Shown here: piece after piece, positions 48,418 to 62,270 of the stretch | Position numbering within the stretch: the stretch's first letter is position 1 | How the letters are laid out: every line of letters begins with the position of its first letter | DNA from: Macrostomum lignano | Taxonomy: Eukaryota | NCBI GenBank assembly: GCA_002269645.1 | Contig: NIVC01000169.1 | Span: 588,097-652,096, forward strand | Direction: 5' to 3' | Length of the DNA: 64,000 bases | Made by a program: the position numbers and the translations under genes | The notes under the pieces: generated by a model | Told to the model about the DNA's origin: nothing | Databases searched by the model: none | Seen by the model: only the letters and a program-made list of their open reading frames with translations

Positions 48418-48684
48418 CCCTATTGCAGCCAAGGTCTGAACCGCGCCGGACGCCCCCCTTTCCCGCGCCAGACATCTACCCGTACTGCGCCAGGGCCAGT
48501 CCCCAGGATCAGTGATTTGGTTCAATTAGTCAGTCAATGGCTCGCCGCGCGCCGCGTGCCGCCGCCACACGTCACGCCACCGCGCGCCGCCGCCACGCAC
48601 CGCGCCGCCGCCGCGTGCCACGCCGCCGCCAGGCCAATCCGCGCCGGACGCCGTCCACGAAAATGGCCATTGGCTGCAATAGGG
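48418..48684. mobile_element. 267-bp GC-rich MITE with 15-bp TIRs and 8-bp TSD
   Basis: TIR CCCTATTGCAGCCAA / TTGGCTGCAATAGGG; TSD TCCACGGT at 48410-48417 and 48685-48692. Confidence 0.85.
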
Positions 48685-51017
48685 TCCACGGTTCAGATCG
48701 TGTAGTAGTGTACACCAGAACAAGAATCCTATCTCAGCTAAATGTATGCCAGTGTATGCCAAAAACAAAAAAATTCCCTAATATGTATGCCAAAAATTCC
48801 TCCTAAAAAGTCATTTGGTTTTCACGAGTAGAGTTTTCTAAGAAAGGCTTTCGTACAAAAATTCTTTCAAATATTACAAATATTTTCATTTTAAACAAAC
48901 TTAAATTAAACCTACCAAAAAAAGAATGCAAAATTTACATTCTTAGCAATAATTTACACAAGTTTTATTCATTGTTAATTTTAAAAAAGCTAAAAGTTTA
49001 TCACTCACTTTCTAGACTATATAAATTTTCCTTCATTTTATGTAAAAACTAAAAAGGGTTAATTAAAATTACAATTTTTATACACAGCATGAATTTATTC
49101 ACCAAAATTGGTATGCCAAAAATTTCTTGAGCTCAAAGTGGTATGCCAAAGTGGTACGCCAAAATAGCCAAACTTTTCAATGGTACGCCAGAAAATTCCT
49201 GTTTACATGTAATAACCTTCCTGAGTATGGCCCCCTATCTATTACACAAGGGAAAAAGAATTTAAAACATGAGTTAAAGCAAAAAATGCTAAAGAAATGC
49301 TTATCTATTAGGCCTATAGTCTTATATTTTAGGCCTATTATAGACTTTTTAGGCTTAGTTAGCCTACAAAGGTTTTGGAAATTCTAGCTATATTAATTTT
49401 TTTATTAATAGAGATTGGTGATAAAGGTTACCCTATTGAAATAAGTTTCAAAAACCTGCAGACATGCAACACAGGTGCCAAAATTATGTCCTCAAAAGCG
49501 CGACGCAATACCAAATTTTGTTGACTAGGGGGCAGCGACACGCAACACAACACCAATGTCCGTTGACCAAATGACCGGGGGGGACACCACAGCAGCCACA
49601 TTGCAATTGACAATTCCCATTCTGCCATTCATTCCCAACACTGAGACCATAAGGCAAGGGACAAGAGTATTCCTTTCAATTTTGCGAAAAAAGAAATGAA
49701 ATTTAAAAATAATAAACAGTAAAATAACAAAGGTACAACACTTAGAAAAATAGTGCATGCATTGTAACTAACAAATAACATTTCTAAAAATTATATTTGA
49801 AGTATTAGTTACTTTATCATCAAAATAAAAAAGAACAATTCAAGAACTAGTTATTATCAAACATGTTTGAAACATTTAAATACTGAGAAACAACTGTGAA
49901 CATATTATAATGAAACATAGTTTGCGAGGTTTTGGCTACAGATCCAGGCCGCAAGGTGACACATGATGATGCCAGCCACCAAGTTGCCATACTGTCACGT
50001 CGCACAACGCGATGGTTTCCACAGTGTTGTGCCACGTGACATACCACTTGACACCACTGTTGCGCAACATGACACCAAGAGAATCCAAAAATGCGACAGA
50101 CAGTCGTCCGCCTTTTGTCAACTTTTCCAATAGGGAAAGGTTAAAAAGTGATATATTAAGCATAGTAATTTGTTAAGTAAATTAAATTTGTATCAAAAAT
50201 ATTAAGTCTAGTAGAAAAACTTAGTTTTTTTACAAAAATGATCATAGCACCTAATAGACAAAATGCATTATAAGAATGTTTAAAGATATGAAAAGTTTTA
50301 TAAGTTTTTTATGTCTTGACCAATTTTTGAAAGGTGTCTTTACTCATGCTAATAAGATCCATCAAATAGAATAAAAATACTAAAAAAGCTTTTATCATTG
50401 CACTAGAACCCATAATGTAAGATATAATTATAAGTTTCAACTTTTTTAAACTAATAAGACTTAATAATGATTTATATAATGGCAATAGTTATTTTATCAT
50501 TTACTAGAATATGATAATGAAGTAGAGCAATTGCTCATTACCAGGTCCTATTTATTTATTTTGCAAAAATAGCCAAGACTATTCATCTTGACTTTAGTTC
50601 CTATCAACCTATCCTGTACACCTATTGTACACATAGCTTTATAGCTGACAAAATGCATTCATTTCTACTTTCTCAACCATAAAGTCAAAGGCTATAAATT
50701 GCTTCCAATGATTCTTTCAAGCCTTGAAGTCATAGTTATTGTGTGGCCATAGTTATGTCTACATTTCTTGCCTAAAAAACCTCCATATCTATCCATCTGT
50801 CCAAAGAATCCATAGCCCAACTCTACCATTAATATTTCTTCAACATCAATTTCAAATCAAGAAGTCATTTTATTCGAGAGTCTAGAGAGTCTGTAAAACA
50901 GGATTTAGATGTTTAAATGCGAGGATTGTGTAAAAGTAGTATAGTAGGAAAGTAGCATTATTTTAGTCCAGTATGACAAAAAAACAGTTCCAAATTTCAT
51001 GCCTAAGCTGTATAGCA

Positions 51018-54000
51018 ATGTCCACTGATCCATTCGGCGTTGACTTTGCCGAACTGACTGGCGCCTACGGCGGTAGCTCGGCTGAACCCGGTGGCACCTC
51101 TGCCACCGCCAGTGCGCCATCGAAACGCCGACGTCTGGACTCTGAGGAAGCTGGCGCCGCGTCAGCAGATTTGAGCAGAGCCGAACGCTTGCTGCAGCAG
51201 TTCACCGCATCGACTGCTGCTGTCAAGTCGGAGCAGTCGGCTGTCAGTCAGAATGCTGCTGAAGTCTCCGCTGCGGTAGGTAGCGAAGATCCAGCAGCCA
51301 ACGATGATGGTGAAGAGCAGCCGCAGGTGGTGGTGCACAAAATCCAGACTCAATCGGTCGACTGCACCCACGAAGTGGTGGTTCCGCCTGGCATTGAGTA
51401 CGACCCGGCTAAACGGCCCGCGGAGTCAAAAACTCCAGCCAAGACTTATAAATTCAAATTGGACTCATTTCAACGCGAGGCCATCACTTGCATTGAGCTG
51501 GGCCAATCTGTGCTGGTGTCGGCGCATACTTCGGCGGGAAAAACGGTGAGGGGTGTTTTGTTGAAATCTGTAATTTCCTCCTTCTAAAATCTGGAGATTT
51601 ACTAGAATGCGGACATTCTCTTATTGAATTCGGGGATTCCCTTCTCCAACCACGGGATTCCTTCTAGAATCTGGGGATTCCCTTCTAGAACCCTGGGATT
51701 ACCTTCTAGAACCCCGGGATTCCCTTCTAGAACCCTGGGATTACCTTCTAGAACCCCGGGATTACCTTCTAGACATCCGCGAATTCCCCTTTAGAACCCG
51801 GGAATTCCATTCTAGAATCAGGGGATTCCTTTCTAGAACCCCAAGATTCCCTTCTAGAATCCAGGAATTTCCTTCTAGAAACCAAGGATTCCCTTCTAAA
51901 ACTTAGGAATTCCCTTATAGAATCCGGGGATTCCCTTCCAGAACTCAGGGATTCCTTTTTAGAATCCCCTTTTTGGATCCAGGGATTCCCTTCTAGAACC
52001 CGGAATTCCTTTAAATCCGGAGACTCCCTTCAGGAAATCCAGGGATTCCCTTCCAAGAATCCGGGGATGCCCTCCTAGAATTCGGGGATTCCTTTCTAGA
52101 ATTATGGTATTCCCTTCTGGAAATCCAGTGATGCCATAGAATTCTGGGATTCCTTTCTCTGATCCAGAAATTCTCCAATAGAATCTGAGGTTTCCCGTCT
52201 GGAAATCCGGAGATTCCCTTCTGGAATCCATGGATTTGTCATGATTCATGAAACCCCCCAATAAATTCCCCTCAAGAGGCTCTCTGACACTGAAATCTCC
52301 CTGGCACTATTAACCCAATCGCAGGTCGTGGCCGAATACGCCATAGCGCTCAGCCTTCGCGAGCGCCAGCGCGTGATCTACACCACCCCCATCAAAGCGC
52401 TTAGCAACCAGAAGTATCGAGAATTCTTTGACGAATTTCACGACGTTGGCCTGATGACTGGCGATGTGACTATTAATCCCAACGCTTCATGCCTCATCAT
52501 GACTACGGAGATTCTGCGCTCCATGCTTTACAGAGGCTCAGAGGTTATGCGCGAAGTTGGCTGGGTTGTGTTCGACGAGATTCACTACATGCGCGACTCC
52601 GAGAGGGGTGTGGTAAGTAGGCTGGGGTGTTCTTGGCACCTGAGCAGACAAGGTTTACTCACTCTAGTATCTGAGCAGACAACTTTACTTACTCTAGTAC
52701 CAGAGATAGCTTTACTTAGTCTAGTACCTGAACAGACAGGTTTACTCACTCTAGTATCTGAGGCTGAGCAGACAAGGTTTACTCACTCTAGTATCTGAGT
52801 AGACAAAGTTTACTCACTCTAGTATCTGAGCAGACAAGGTTTACTCACTCTAGTATCTGAGCAGACAGGTTTACTCACTCTAGTATCTGAGTAGACAAAG
52901 TTTACTCACTCTAGTATCTGAGCAGACAAGGTTTACTCACTCTAGTATCTGAGCAGACAGGTTTACTCACTCTAGTATCTGAGTAGACAAAGTTTACTCA
53001 CTCTAGTATCTGAGTAGACAAAGTTTACTCACTCTAGTATCTGAGCAGACAAGGTTTACTCACTCTAGTATCTGAGTAGACAAAGTTTACTCACTCTAGT
53101 ATCTGAGCAGACAAGGTTTACTCACTCTAGTATCTGAGGCTGAGCAGACAAGGTTTACTCACTCTAGTATCTGAGTAGACAAAGTTTACTCACTCTAGTA
53201 TCTGAGCAGACAAGGTTTACTCACTCTAGTACCTGAGCAGACAGCTTTACTTACTCTAGTATCTGAGCAGACAAGGTTTACCAATAAGTCCCGCTCACTC
53301 GAATACCTGACGCTGCCATTCTAAGAATCGCCCACCGACCCCCCACTGCGCAGGTGTGGGAGGAGACCATCATTCTGCTCCCAGACGCAGTTCACCACGT
53401 GTTTCTATCCGCCACCATCCCTAACGCTCGCCAATTTGCCGAATGGGTTTGCGCCCTGCACCGTCAGCCGTGTCACGTGGTTTACACTGACTACAGGCCG
53501 ACCCGCTGCAGCACTACATGTTCCCCTGCGGCGGCGATGGCCTCCATCTGGTTGTGGATCAGGAGGGCAATTTTCGTGAAGAGAATTTCGGCCAGGTGAT
53601 GGCGTCATTAGCCAAGGCAGGAGGGAATTCCCAGTCCGATATGGCCAATCGCGGTCGTAGGGGCGGATTTAAAAGTGCAGAGACTCACTGCATGACTATA
53701 GTTAAGGTGAGAGTGCTTTGTGTACTTTTAAATATTTCTCAGTACTTTTTACACGCTTTTATTATAAAGTACTTTGTGTACTCTATACTCGAGTGATTTT
53801 ACAGCTTGTAAGCGCTTATTATTTGTGTAAATTGTGGAATGTACTTTTATTTCCGCTAACCTACTGGTATTTTTACTATTTGTATATTAATCTTTCACAT
53901 AGTTTTGCATGCATTCCCTGTGATTAACCCAGGTGATCATGGAGCGCAGCCTGGAGCCGGTCATTGTTTTCAGCTTCTCCAAGAAAGAATGCGAGATCTA

Positions 54001-57000
54001 CGCCCTGCAGATGGCCAAGCTGGATTTTAACACGGCTCAGGAGAAGGCCTTGGTTGAGGAGGTGTTTAATAACGCCACAGGCGGCCTGTCTGAGGAAGAT
54101 CGCAAGCTGCCGCAGGTGGAGTCTGTGCTGCCTCTGCTCAGAAAGGGCATCGGCATTCACCACGGCGGCCTGCTGCCTCTGCTCAAGGAGACTATCGAGA
54201 TTCTGTTTCACGAGGGCCTCATCAAATGCCTGTTTGCCACAGAGACATTCGCTATGGGGCTGAATATGCCGGCTAGGACTGTGCTGTTCACCTCGGCTAG
54301 GAAGTTCGATGGTGGGTGTTGGATTGATTTGTGTCTGCTGTGTCTGTTCTGTGTGTATATCTGTGTCTGTCTGTATCTACCGGTGTGTAATCCTGTGTCT
54401 GTTCTCTGTCTGCCGTGTCTGTTCTATGTCTGTTCTGTGTGTCTTCTTGTGTCTGTTCTGTCTGTTCTGTGCCTGTTCTGTGTGTCTTCTTGTGTCTGTC
54501 CCGTGTGTCTTCTTGTGTCTGTCCCGTGTGTCTTCCTGTGTCTGTCCCGTGTGTCTTCTTGTGTCTGTCCCGTGTGTCTTCCTGTGTCTGTCCCGTGTGT
54601 CTTCTTGTGTCTGTCCCGTGTGTCTTCCTGTGTCTGTCCCGTGTGTCTTCTTGTGTCTGTCCCGTGTGTCTTCCTGTGTCTGTCCCGTGTGTCTTGTGTC
54701 TGTCCCGTGTGTCTTCCTGTGTCTTCCTGTTTCTGTTCTTTGTCTGTTCTGTGTGCCTTTTTGTGTCTTCTTGTGTCTGTCCCGTGTGTCTTCTTGTGTC
54801 TGTCCCGTGTGTCTTCTTGTGTCTGTCCCGTGTGTCTTCCTGTGTCTGTCCCGTGTGTCTTATTGTGTCTGTCCCGTGTGTCTTCTTGTGTCTGTCCCGT
54901 GTGTCTTCTTGTGTCTGTCCCGTGTGTCTTCTTGTGTCTGTCCCGTGTGTCTTCTTGTGTCTGTCCCGTGTGTCTTCTTGTGTCTGTCCCGTGTGTCTTC
55001 TTGTGTCTGTCCCGTGTGTCTTCTTGTGTCTGTCCCGTGTGTCTTCTTGTGTCTGTCCCGTGTGTCTTCTTGTGTCTGTCCCGTGTGTCTTCTTGTGTCT
55101 GTCCCGTGTGTCTTCTTGTGTCTGTCCCGTGTGTCTTCCTGTGTCTGTCCCGTGTGTCTTCTTGTGTCTGTCCCGTGTGTCTTCCTGTGTCTGCTCTGTG
55201 TGTCTTCCTGTGTCTTCCTGTTTCTGTTCTTTGTCTGTTCTGTGTGCCTTTTTGTGTCTTCTTGTGTCTGTCCCGTGTGTCTTCTTGTGTCTGTCCCGTG
55301 TGTCTTCTTGTGTCTGTCCCGTGTGTCTTCCTGTGTCTGCTCTGTGTGTCTTCCTGTGTCTGTTCTGTGTGTCTGTCTGTTCTGTGTGTCTGTCTGTCTC
55401 CTCAATCGCAGCCATTGCCAGATATCATCTTGGCATTACTCTCCTGTCTGCCAGCTAGCCTACAATCCCACTCTTCTCTCTCCCCGTCAGGCAAGAACTA
55501 TCGCTGGATCAGCAGCGGCGAGTACATCCAGATGTCCGGCCGCGCCGGGCGCCGCGGTCTTGACGATCAGGGCACCGTCATTCTCATGGTGGACGAGACC
55601 ATGGGCCACGCCACGGCCAAGAACATCATCAAGGGCAGCCCGGACCCGCTGAACTCGGCATTCCACCTCACCTACAATATGATTCTGAACCTGCTGAGAG
55701 TGGAGGACATCAATCCGGAGTACATGCTGGAGCGGAGTTTTCACCAGTTTCAAAACTACGCCAGCATTCCGCAGCTGCTGCAGAGGATTCGCGAACTCCG
55801 CTCTGGCATCGCAGAGTGTCGAGTTGAGGACGAGGAGGGCGTCGCATCTTATCAGCAGATCCGGCAGCACCTGAAATCCCTCAATGAGCAGATGTGGGCG
55901 GTTATTAGGCAGCCAAAGTACATACTGGCCTTTCTACAGGTATATAAGTATTCTGCTCCAACCATCCTATCCTCTATCAATCTATTCTATCCTATCCATT
56001 CTATCCTATCCATTCTATCCTATCCATTCTATCCTATCCATTCTATCATATCCATTCTATCCTATCCATTCTATCCTATCCATTCTATCCTATCCATTCT
56101 ATCCTCTATCAATCTATTCTATCCTCCATCTATTCTATCTATCCATTATATCCTCTCAATCCATTCTATCCTATCCATTCTATACAATCCAATCAATCCT
56201 ATCAATCCATTCTATCCTATCCATTCTATCCTCTATCAATCTATTCTATCCTATCCATTCTATCCTCTATCAATCTATTCTATCCTCCATCTATTCTATC
56301 TATCCATTATATCCTCTCAATCCATTCTATCCTATCCATTCTATCCAATCCAATCAATCCTATCAATCCATTCTATCCTATCCATTCTATCCTATCCATT
56401 CTATCCTATCCATTCTATCCTATCCATTCTATCCTCTATCAGTCTATTCTATCCTCCATCTATTCTATCTATCCATTATATCCTCTCAATCCATTCTATC
56501 CTATCCATTCTATACAATCCAATCAATCCTATCAATCCATTCTATCCTATCCATTCTATCCTCTATCAATCTATTCTATCCTATCCATTCTATCCTCTAT
56601 CAATCTATTCTATCCTCCATCTATTCTATCTATCCATTATATCCTCTCAATCCATTCTATCCTATCCATTCTATCCAATCCAATCAATCCTATCAATCCA
56701 TTCTATCCTATCCATTCTATCCTATCCATTCTATCCTATCCATTCTATCCTATCCATTCTATCCTCTATCAGTCTATTCTATCCTCCATCTATTCTATCT
56801 ATCCATTATATCCTCTCAATCCATTCTATCCTATCCATTCTATACAATCCAATCAATCCTATCAATCCATTCTATCCTATCCATTCTATCCTCTATCAAT
56901 CTATTCTATCCTATCCATTCTATCCAATCCATTCTATCCAATCCATTCTATCCAATCCATTCTATCCAATCCATTCTATCCTATCCATTCTATCCTATCC

Positions 57001-60000
57001 GTTCTATCTTATCCATTCTGCTTTATCTATTCTATCCTATCAATCTATTCTATCCTATCCATTCTGCTCTATCCATTCTTTCCTATCAATCCATTCTATC
57101 CTATCCATTTTATCCTTTCTATCTTATCCATTCTGCTCTTTCCATTCTATCCTATCAATCTATTCTATCCTATCCATTTTATCCTATCAATTCTATCCTT
57201 TCCATTCTATCAATCCATTCTATCCTCATTCTTTCCTACCCATTCTAATCTTATCCCCATGTTATCCATGTTATCCCCAAATGTTATCCCCACTAATTTA
57301 CACAGTTCGCTGACAAATTATACTACTCAGCTATTCAATTCTAAGTAGCAATCTAAGCGCATATTTCGCAACAAACTTTGCGCAGGAAGGTCGCTTAGTC
57401 CAGGTGCGCACTGATCAGCACGACTTCGGCTGGGGCGTGGTTGTGGGCGTCAGCAAGAAGCAGCACGACAATCGGGTGCTCAATCCTGAGCCCTACTACG
57501 TTGTTGACGCGCTGCTGCGCGTGGCGCCAAACTCGGCGCGCGAGAAACACGTTTCGCTAATTCGGCCGGCGCCTGAGGGAGAGCCCTGCGATTTTGAGGT
57601 ATTTTTTGGCAAAGTTTTATTTTCAGTAGCAGTTTTGGGCACCAAAAAATTGCCTTTTTGCTCGCCTGGAAAATCGCCCCTGACTTACCTGTAGAATAAC
57701 CCCTGACTCACCTGACGAATCGCCCCTTCACTCACCTAAAAAATCTTCCCTGACTCACCTAAAGAATCGCCCCTGACTCACTTTAAGAGGCCTGACTCAC
57801 CTAAAGAATTTCCCCTGACTCATCTGGAGAATCGCCCTTAACTCACCTGAAGTATTACCCCTGACTCACCTGAAGAATCGCCCATGACTCGCCTAAAGAA
57901 TCACCCCTGACTCACCTAAAGAATCGCCCCTGACTCACCTTAAGAGGCCGGACTCACCTAAAGAATCTCCCCTGACTCACCTGAAGAATCGCCCCTAACT
58001 CACCTGAAGTATTACCCCTGACTCACCTGAAGAATCGCCCCTAACTCACCTGAAGTATTACCCCTGACTCACCTGAAGAATCGCCCATGACTCGCCTAAA
58101 GAATCACCCCTGACTCACCTAAAGAATCGCCCCTGACTCACCTTAAGAGGCCAGACTCACCTGAAGAATCGCCCCTGACTCACCTGAAGAATCGCCCCTG
58201 ACTCACCTGAAGAATCGCCCCTGACTCACCTGAAGAATCGCCCCTGACTCACCTAAAGAATCGCCCCTGACTCACCTGAAGAATCTCCCCTGACTCACCT
58301 GAAGAATCGCCCCTAACTCACCTGAAGTATCACCCCTGACTCACCTGAAGAATCGCCCATGACTCGCTTGAAGAATCGGCTCTGACTCGCCTGAAGAATC
58401 TCCCCTGACTCACCTGAAGAATCGCCCCTGACTCACCTGAAGAATCGTCCCTGACTCACCTGAAGAATCGCCCCTGACTCACATAAAGAATCGCCCCTGA
58501 CTCACCTGAAGAATCGCCCCTGACTCACCTGAAGAATCGCCCCTCACTCACCTGAAGAATCGCCCCTGACTCACCTGAAGAATCGCCCCTGACTCACCTG
58601 AAGAATCGCCCCTGACTCACCTGAAGTATCACCCCTGACTCACCTGAAGAATCGTCCCTGACTCACCTAAAGAATCGGCCCTGACTCGCCTGAAGAATCT
58701 CCCCTGACTCACCTGAAGAATCGCCCCTGACTCACCTGAAGAATCGTCCCTGACTCACCTGAAGAATCGCCCCTGACTCACCTAAAGAATCGCCCCTGAC
58801 TCACCTGAAGAATCGCCCCTGACTCACCTGAAGAATCGCCCCTCACTCACCTGAAGAATCGCCCCTGACTCACCTGAAGAATCGCCCCTGACTCACCTGA
58901 AGAATCGCCCCTCACTCACCTGAAGAATCGCCCCTGACTCACCTGAAGAATCGCCCCTGACTCACCTGAAGAATCGCCCCTGACTCACCTGATGAATCGC
59001 CCCTGACTCACCTGAAGAATCGCTCCTGACTCACCTGAAGAATCGCCCTTGACCCACCTGACTTGACGTCACCCTCCCCCGCAGGTGGTCCCCATCAAGC
59101 TGGAGCTGCTTTACGGTATCAGCGCAGTCCGCCTTCACGTGCCCACCGACCTCCGACTCGAAGTGAACCGCCGCGCCGTCCTGCAGTCAGTTGGCGCCGT
59201 CTTCCAGCACTTCAAGACCGGCCCGCCTCCGCTGGACCCGTTGAAAGATATGAAAATTCGCGAGGAGAAATTCGCCGATCTGGTTGCTAAGCGAGACGCC
59301 TTCAACGAGCGTTTAGAAAATCACTGGCTAGCAGACAGTGACCGGCTGCCGAAACTGCTGGAGCAGCTGGAGGCCAAGTCGGCTCTGCAGGCTCAGCTGA
59401 CTGAGGCTCAGTCTGAGCTGGCCCAGCGCCGGGCCCTGCTGCAGTTGGAGGAGCTGAAGTGTCGCAAACGGGTGCTCAGGCGGCTAGGATTCGCCACACA
59501 GTCGGACATTATCGAGCTGAAAGGTCGAGTAGCCTGCGAGATCGATTCCGCTGATGAGCTGGTGCTCACCGAGTTGCTGTTCAGTGGAGCTCTTAACGAT
59601 TTGACTGCTCAGCAGGTGAGACTTATAACAGCATTTTGAGCACCCTTTCGGTACTCTTTGGAGTGCGAGTACACCCTGCACCCTGTTCACCGCAATTTCA
59701 TGTGCTCTGTACACCCTTCACTTTGTACTCTTTGAAAAATGTATATTACCAAGCAGTATGTGTACCTGGGTCATATACACCCTGTGTCATGTGACTCATG
59801 TACACCCAATATCATGTGCACCTAAAATCATGTGCACCTAAAATCATGTGGACCAAGAATCATGTGCACCCAAAATCATGTACACCCAGAATCATGTACA
59901 CTCAGAATCATGTGCACCCAAAATCATGTACGCCCAGAATCATGTGCACCCAAAATCATGTACACCCAAAATCATGTACACCCAGAATAATGTGCACCCA

Positions 60001-60851
60001 AAATCATGTACACCCAGAATCATGTGCACCCAAAATCATGTACACCCAGAATCATGTACACCCAGAATCATGTGCACCCAAAATCATGTACACCCAAAAT
60101 CATGTGCACCCAAAATCATGTGCACTCAGAATCATGTGCACCCAGAATCATGTGCACCCAAAATCATGTACACCCAGAATCATGTACACCCAGAATCATG
60201 TGCACCCAAAATCATGTACACCCAAAATCATGTGCACCCAAAATCATGTGCACTCAGAATCATGTGCACCCAGAATCATGTGCACCCAAAATCATGTACA
60301 CCCAGAATCATGTACACCCAGAATCATGTACACCCAGAATCATGTGCACACAGAATCATGTGCACCCAGAATCATGTGCACCCAGAATCATGTGCACCCA
60401 GAATCATGTGCACCCTACAAACTCTCAACCGCAGGTCGCAGCCCTGCTATCCTGCTTCATCTTCGAGGAGAAGGCCTCAGAGCTGCCGGACCTGTCAGAG
60501 GAGCTTGCCGTGCCGCTGCGAGCTCTGCAGGACACGGCCAGGCGGGTGGCTCGAGTGTCTACCGAGTGCAAGGTGCCGCTAGACGAGGAGGCCTACTGCG
60601 AGTCGTTCAAGCCGCACATGATGGACATTGTGGCCGCCTGGAGTTCCGGCGCTTCGTTTGCCAAGATCTGTTCAAAAACTGACATATTCGAGGGCTCAAT
60701 AATTCGATGCATGCGTCGGCTGGAGGAGCTGCTCAGGCAGATGTGCAACGCTGCCAAAGCCATCGGCAATGCTGAGTTGGAGAATAAATTCGCGGAAGCA
60801 ATCGTGTCAATTAAAAGGGACATTGTGTTTGCGGCCAGCTTGTATCTCTGA
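51018..60851 (+). CDS. MTREX: Exosome RNA helicase MTR4 (SKIV2L2), 8 exons, ~1050 aa; 1-nt frameshift in exon 3
   Basis: Exons 51018-51545, 52325-52612, 53354-53706, 53933-54311, 55491-55939, 57386-57598, 59085-59615, 60435-60851. Motifs [64 protein letters not shown] arch, DSHCT end [13 protein letters not shown]. Confidence 0.97.
51600..52250. repeat. MTR4 intron 1 minisatellite (TTCCCTTCTAGAATCCGGGGA, ~22 bp)
   Basis: Degenerate tandem array. Confidence 0.9.
52640..53280. repeat. MTR4 intron 2 minisatellite (GAGCAGACAAGGTTTACTCACTCTAGTATCT, 31 bp)
   Basis: About 20 copies. Confidence 0.95.
54320..55400. repeat. MTR4 intron 4 minisatellite (TGTGTCTGTCCCGTGTGTCTTCT)
   Basis: Source of the Cys/Val-rich spurious ORFs. 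Confidence 0.95.
55965..57260. repeat. MTR4 intron 5 CTATCCATT-type repeat with higher-order units
   Basis: Pyrimidine-rich tandem array. Confidence 0.95.
57680..59065. repeat. MTR4 intron 6 22-bp minisatellite (TGACTCACCTGAAGAATCGCCCC)
   Basis: About 60 copies. Confidence 0.97.
59790..60415. repeat. MTR4 intron 7 ~19-bp minisatellite (AATCATGTGCACCCAG/AA)
   Basis: About 32 copies. Confidence 0.95.
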
Positions 60852-60939
60852 GTGCAAGCTGATATGGACCGCATTATTTCATTAAATGTTTCTAAGAATA
60901 ACATTTATCCTATTCCGTTCTCAATGATGTAATCACAGT

Positions 60940-61430
60940 CCCGTCTGTTTCTAAGAATTCGTTCCGGTCTCTTTCTAAGAATCACGATCCAACCAATTTC
61001 TAAGAATCGCAATCCCAACCAATTTCTAAGAATTGCAATCCAACCAATTTCTAAGAATCGGAATCCAACCAATTTCTAAGAATTGGAATCCAACCAATTT
61101 CTAAGAATCGCAATCCAACCAATTTCTAAGAATCGCAATCCAACCAATTTCTAAGAATCACAATCCAACCAATTTCTAAGAATCGCAATCCAACCAATTT
61201 CTAAGAATCACAATTCAATCCATTTCTAAGAATCACAATCCAACCAATTTCTAAGAATCGGAATCCAACCAATTTCTAAGAATCACAATCCAACCAATTT
61301 CTAAAAATCGGAATCCAACCAATTTCTAAGAATCACAATCCAACCAATTTCTAAGAATCGCAATCCAACCATAGAATCGCAATCCAATCCATTTCTAAGA
61401 ATCGCAGTTCAAACAGTTTCTTAGAATTGC
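60940..61430. repeat. 25-bp minisatellite just 3' of the MTR4 stop (CCAACCAATTTCTAAGAATCGCAAT)
   Basis: About 18 copies. Confidence 0.95.
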
Positions 61431-61862
61431 AATAATTCAAATACTAAAATTATTTCTAAGAATCAAAATCGATCCCATTTCTAGGAATGAGAACTCAACC
61501 CGGTTCTAGGAATGGAAATCCCACAGATATTTGTTATCAAACGCGTGCTTCTGTCATAAAAATATGAAATTCTATGTGTAACAATTATTAACTTTAAATT
61601 ACAATTCAAACCCTTTCTGTTAATTATTCGGTAATTCTGTAAGGATGGCTAGGCATTTTAATTTGCTTTGCATTTTTTGGCCCCAACTTGATGTTGCTGA
61701 AAAGAAGTTAAACTAGCATAAATCTGCCGACAGTGTGTTGACTTTGTGTAGAAATATAAAACAACTGTTATTGTAGACGCCATTATTGGTTATTTAAAAA
61801 GGCAGCTGCCGATACAGCGTCTTATTATGCATCTTTAATAACTTTCAAAATATGCAGCTGTG

Positions 61863-62270
61863 TACGAGGGGCGTCCGGAAAGTAGTGTTACTATTACTCG
61901 GTGTGGACGTATGGAAAGTTGCACTTGCATGAGTTTGGTGTCATTTGAAAGTGGCAAGTCTCTTCTTTAAAATGATACCAATTGCAAGATTTGAACATGT
62001 GCTTCAAGAGATATGGATAATTAAGTAAAGAAAGGTCGGTCATAGACTGACACAAGCAAAATTACAAGCGAACAACGTTAAAATCACTCATCGTTTGGCA
62101 GAGTTGTCTTCTCAACGTAGTCACCACCAGACATGACGCACTTCTCCCATCGGTCTCGCATCTTGTCGATGGCGTCTGTGTACAGAGTTCTCGGAATCTG
62201 GTGCAGCAGGACTGTTATGGACTCAGCACAGCAACTGCAGTCTTAGTTTTCAGAGGCAGCCCCTCTCATT
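61863..62270 (-). mobile_element. Mariner (Tc1/mariner) element 3' remnant
   Basis: TA+CGAGGGGCGTCCGGAAAGT mariner-type TIR start. Minus-strand peptide LLHQIPRTLYTDAIDKMRDRWEKCVMSGGDYVEK matches the mariner transposase C-terminal RWxKC...GxYVE motif. Confidence 0.85.

Noticed and set aside
51600-52250. About 20 TTCTAGAA motifs as a heat-shock enhancer in MTR4 intron 1
   Set aside because: Only two-unit cores, spaced about 22 bp apart and not in the 5-bp nGAAn register; explained by the minisatellite.
53933-57313. 1126-aa ORF with Cys/Val-rich and Ile/Leu/Ser/Tyr-rich blocks
   Set aside because: MTR4 exons 4 and 5 read through into intronic repeats. Canonical splice sites at 54311/55491 and 55939 restore the conserved helicase.
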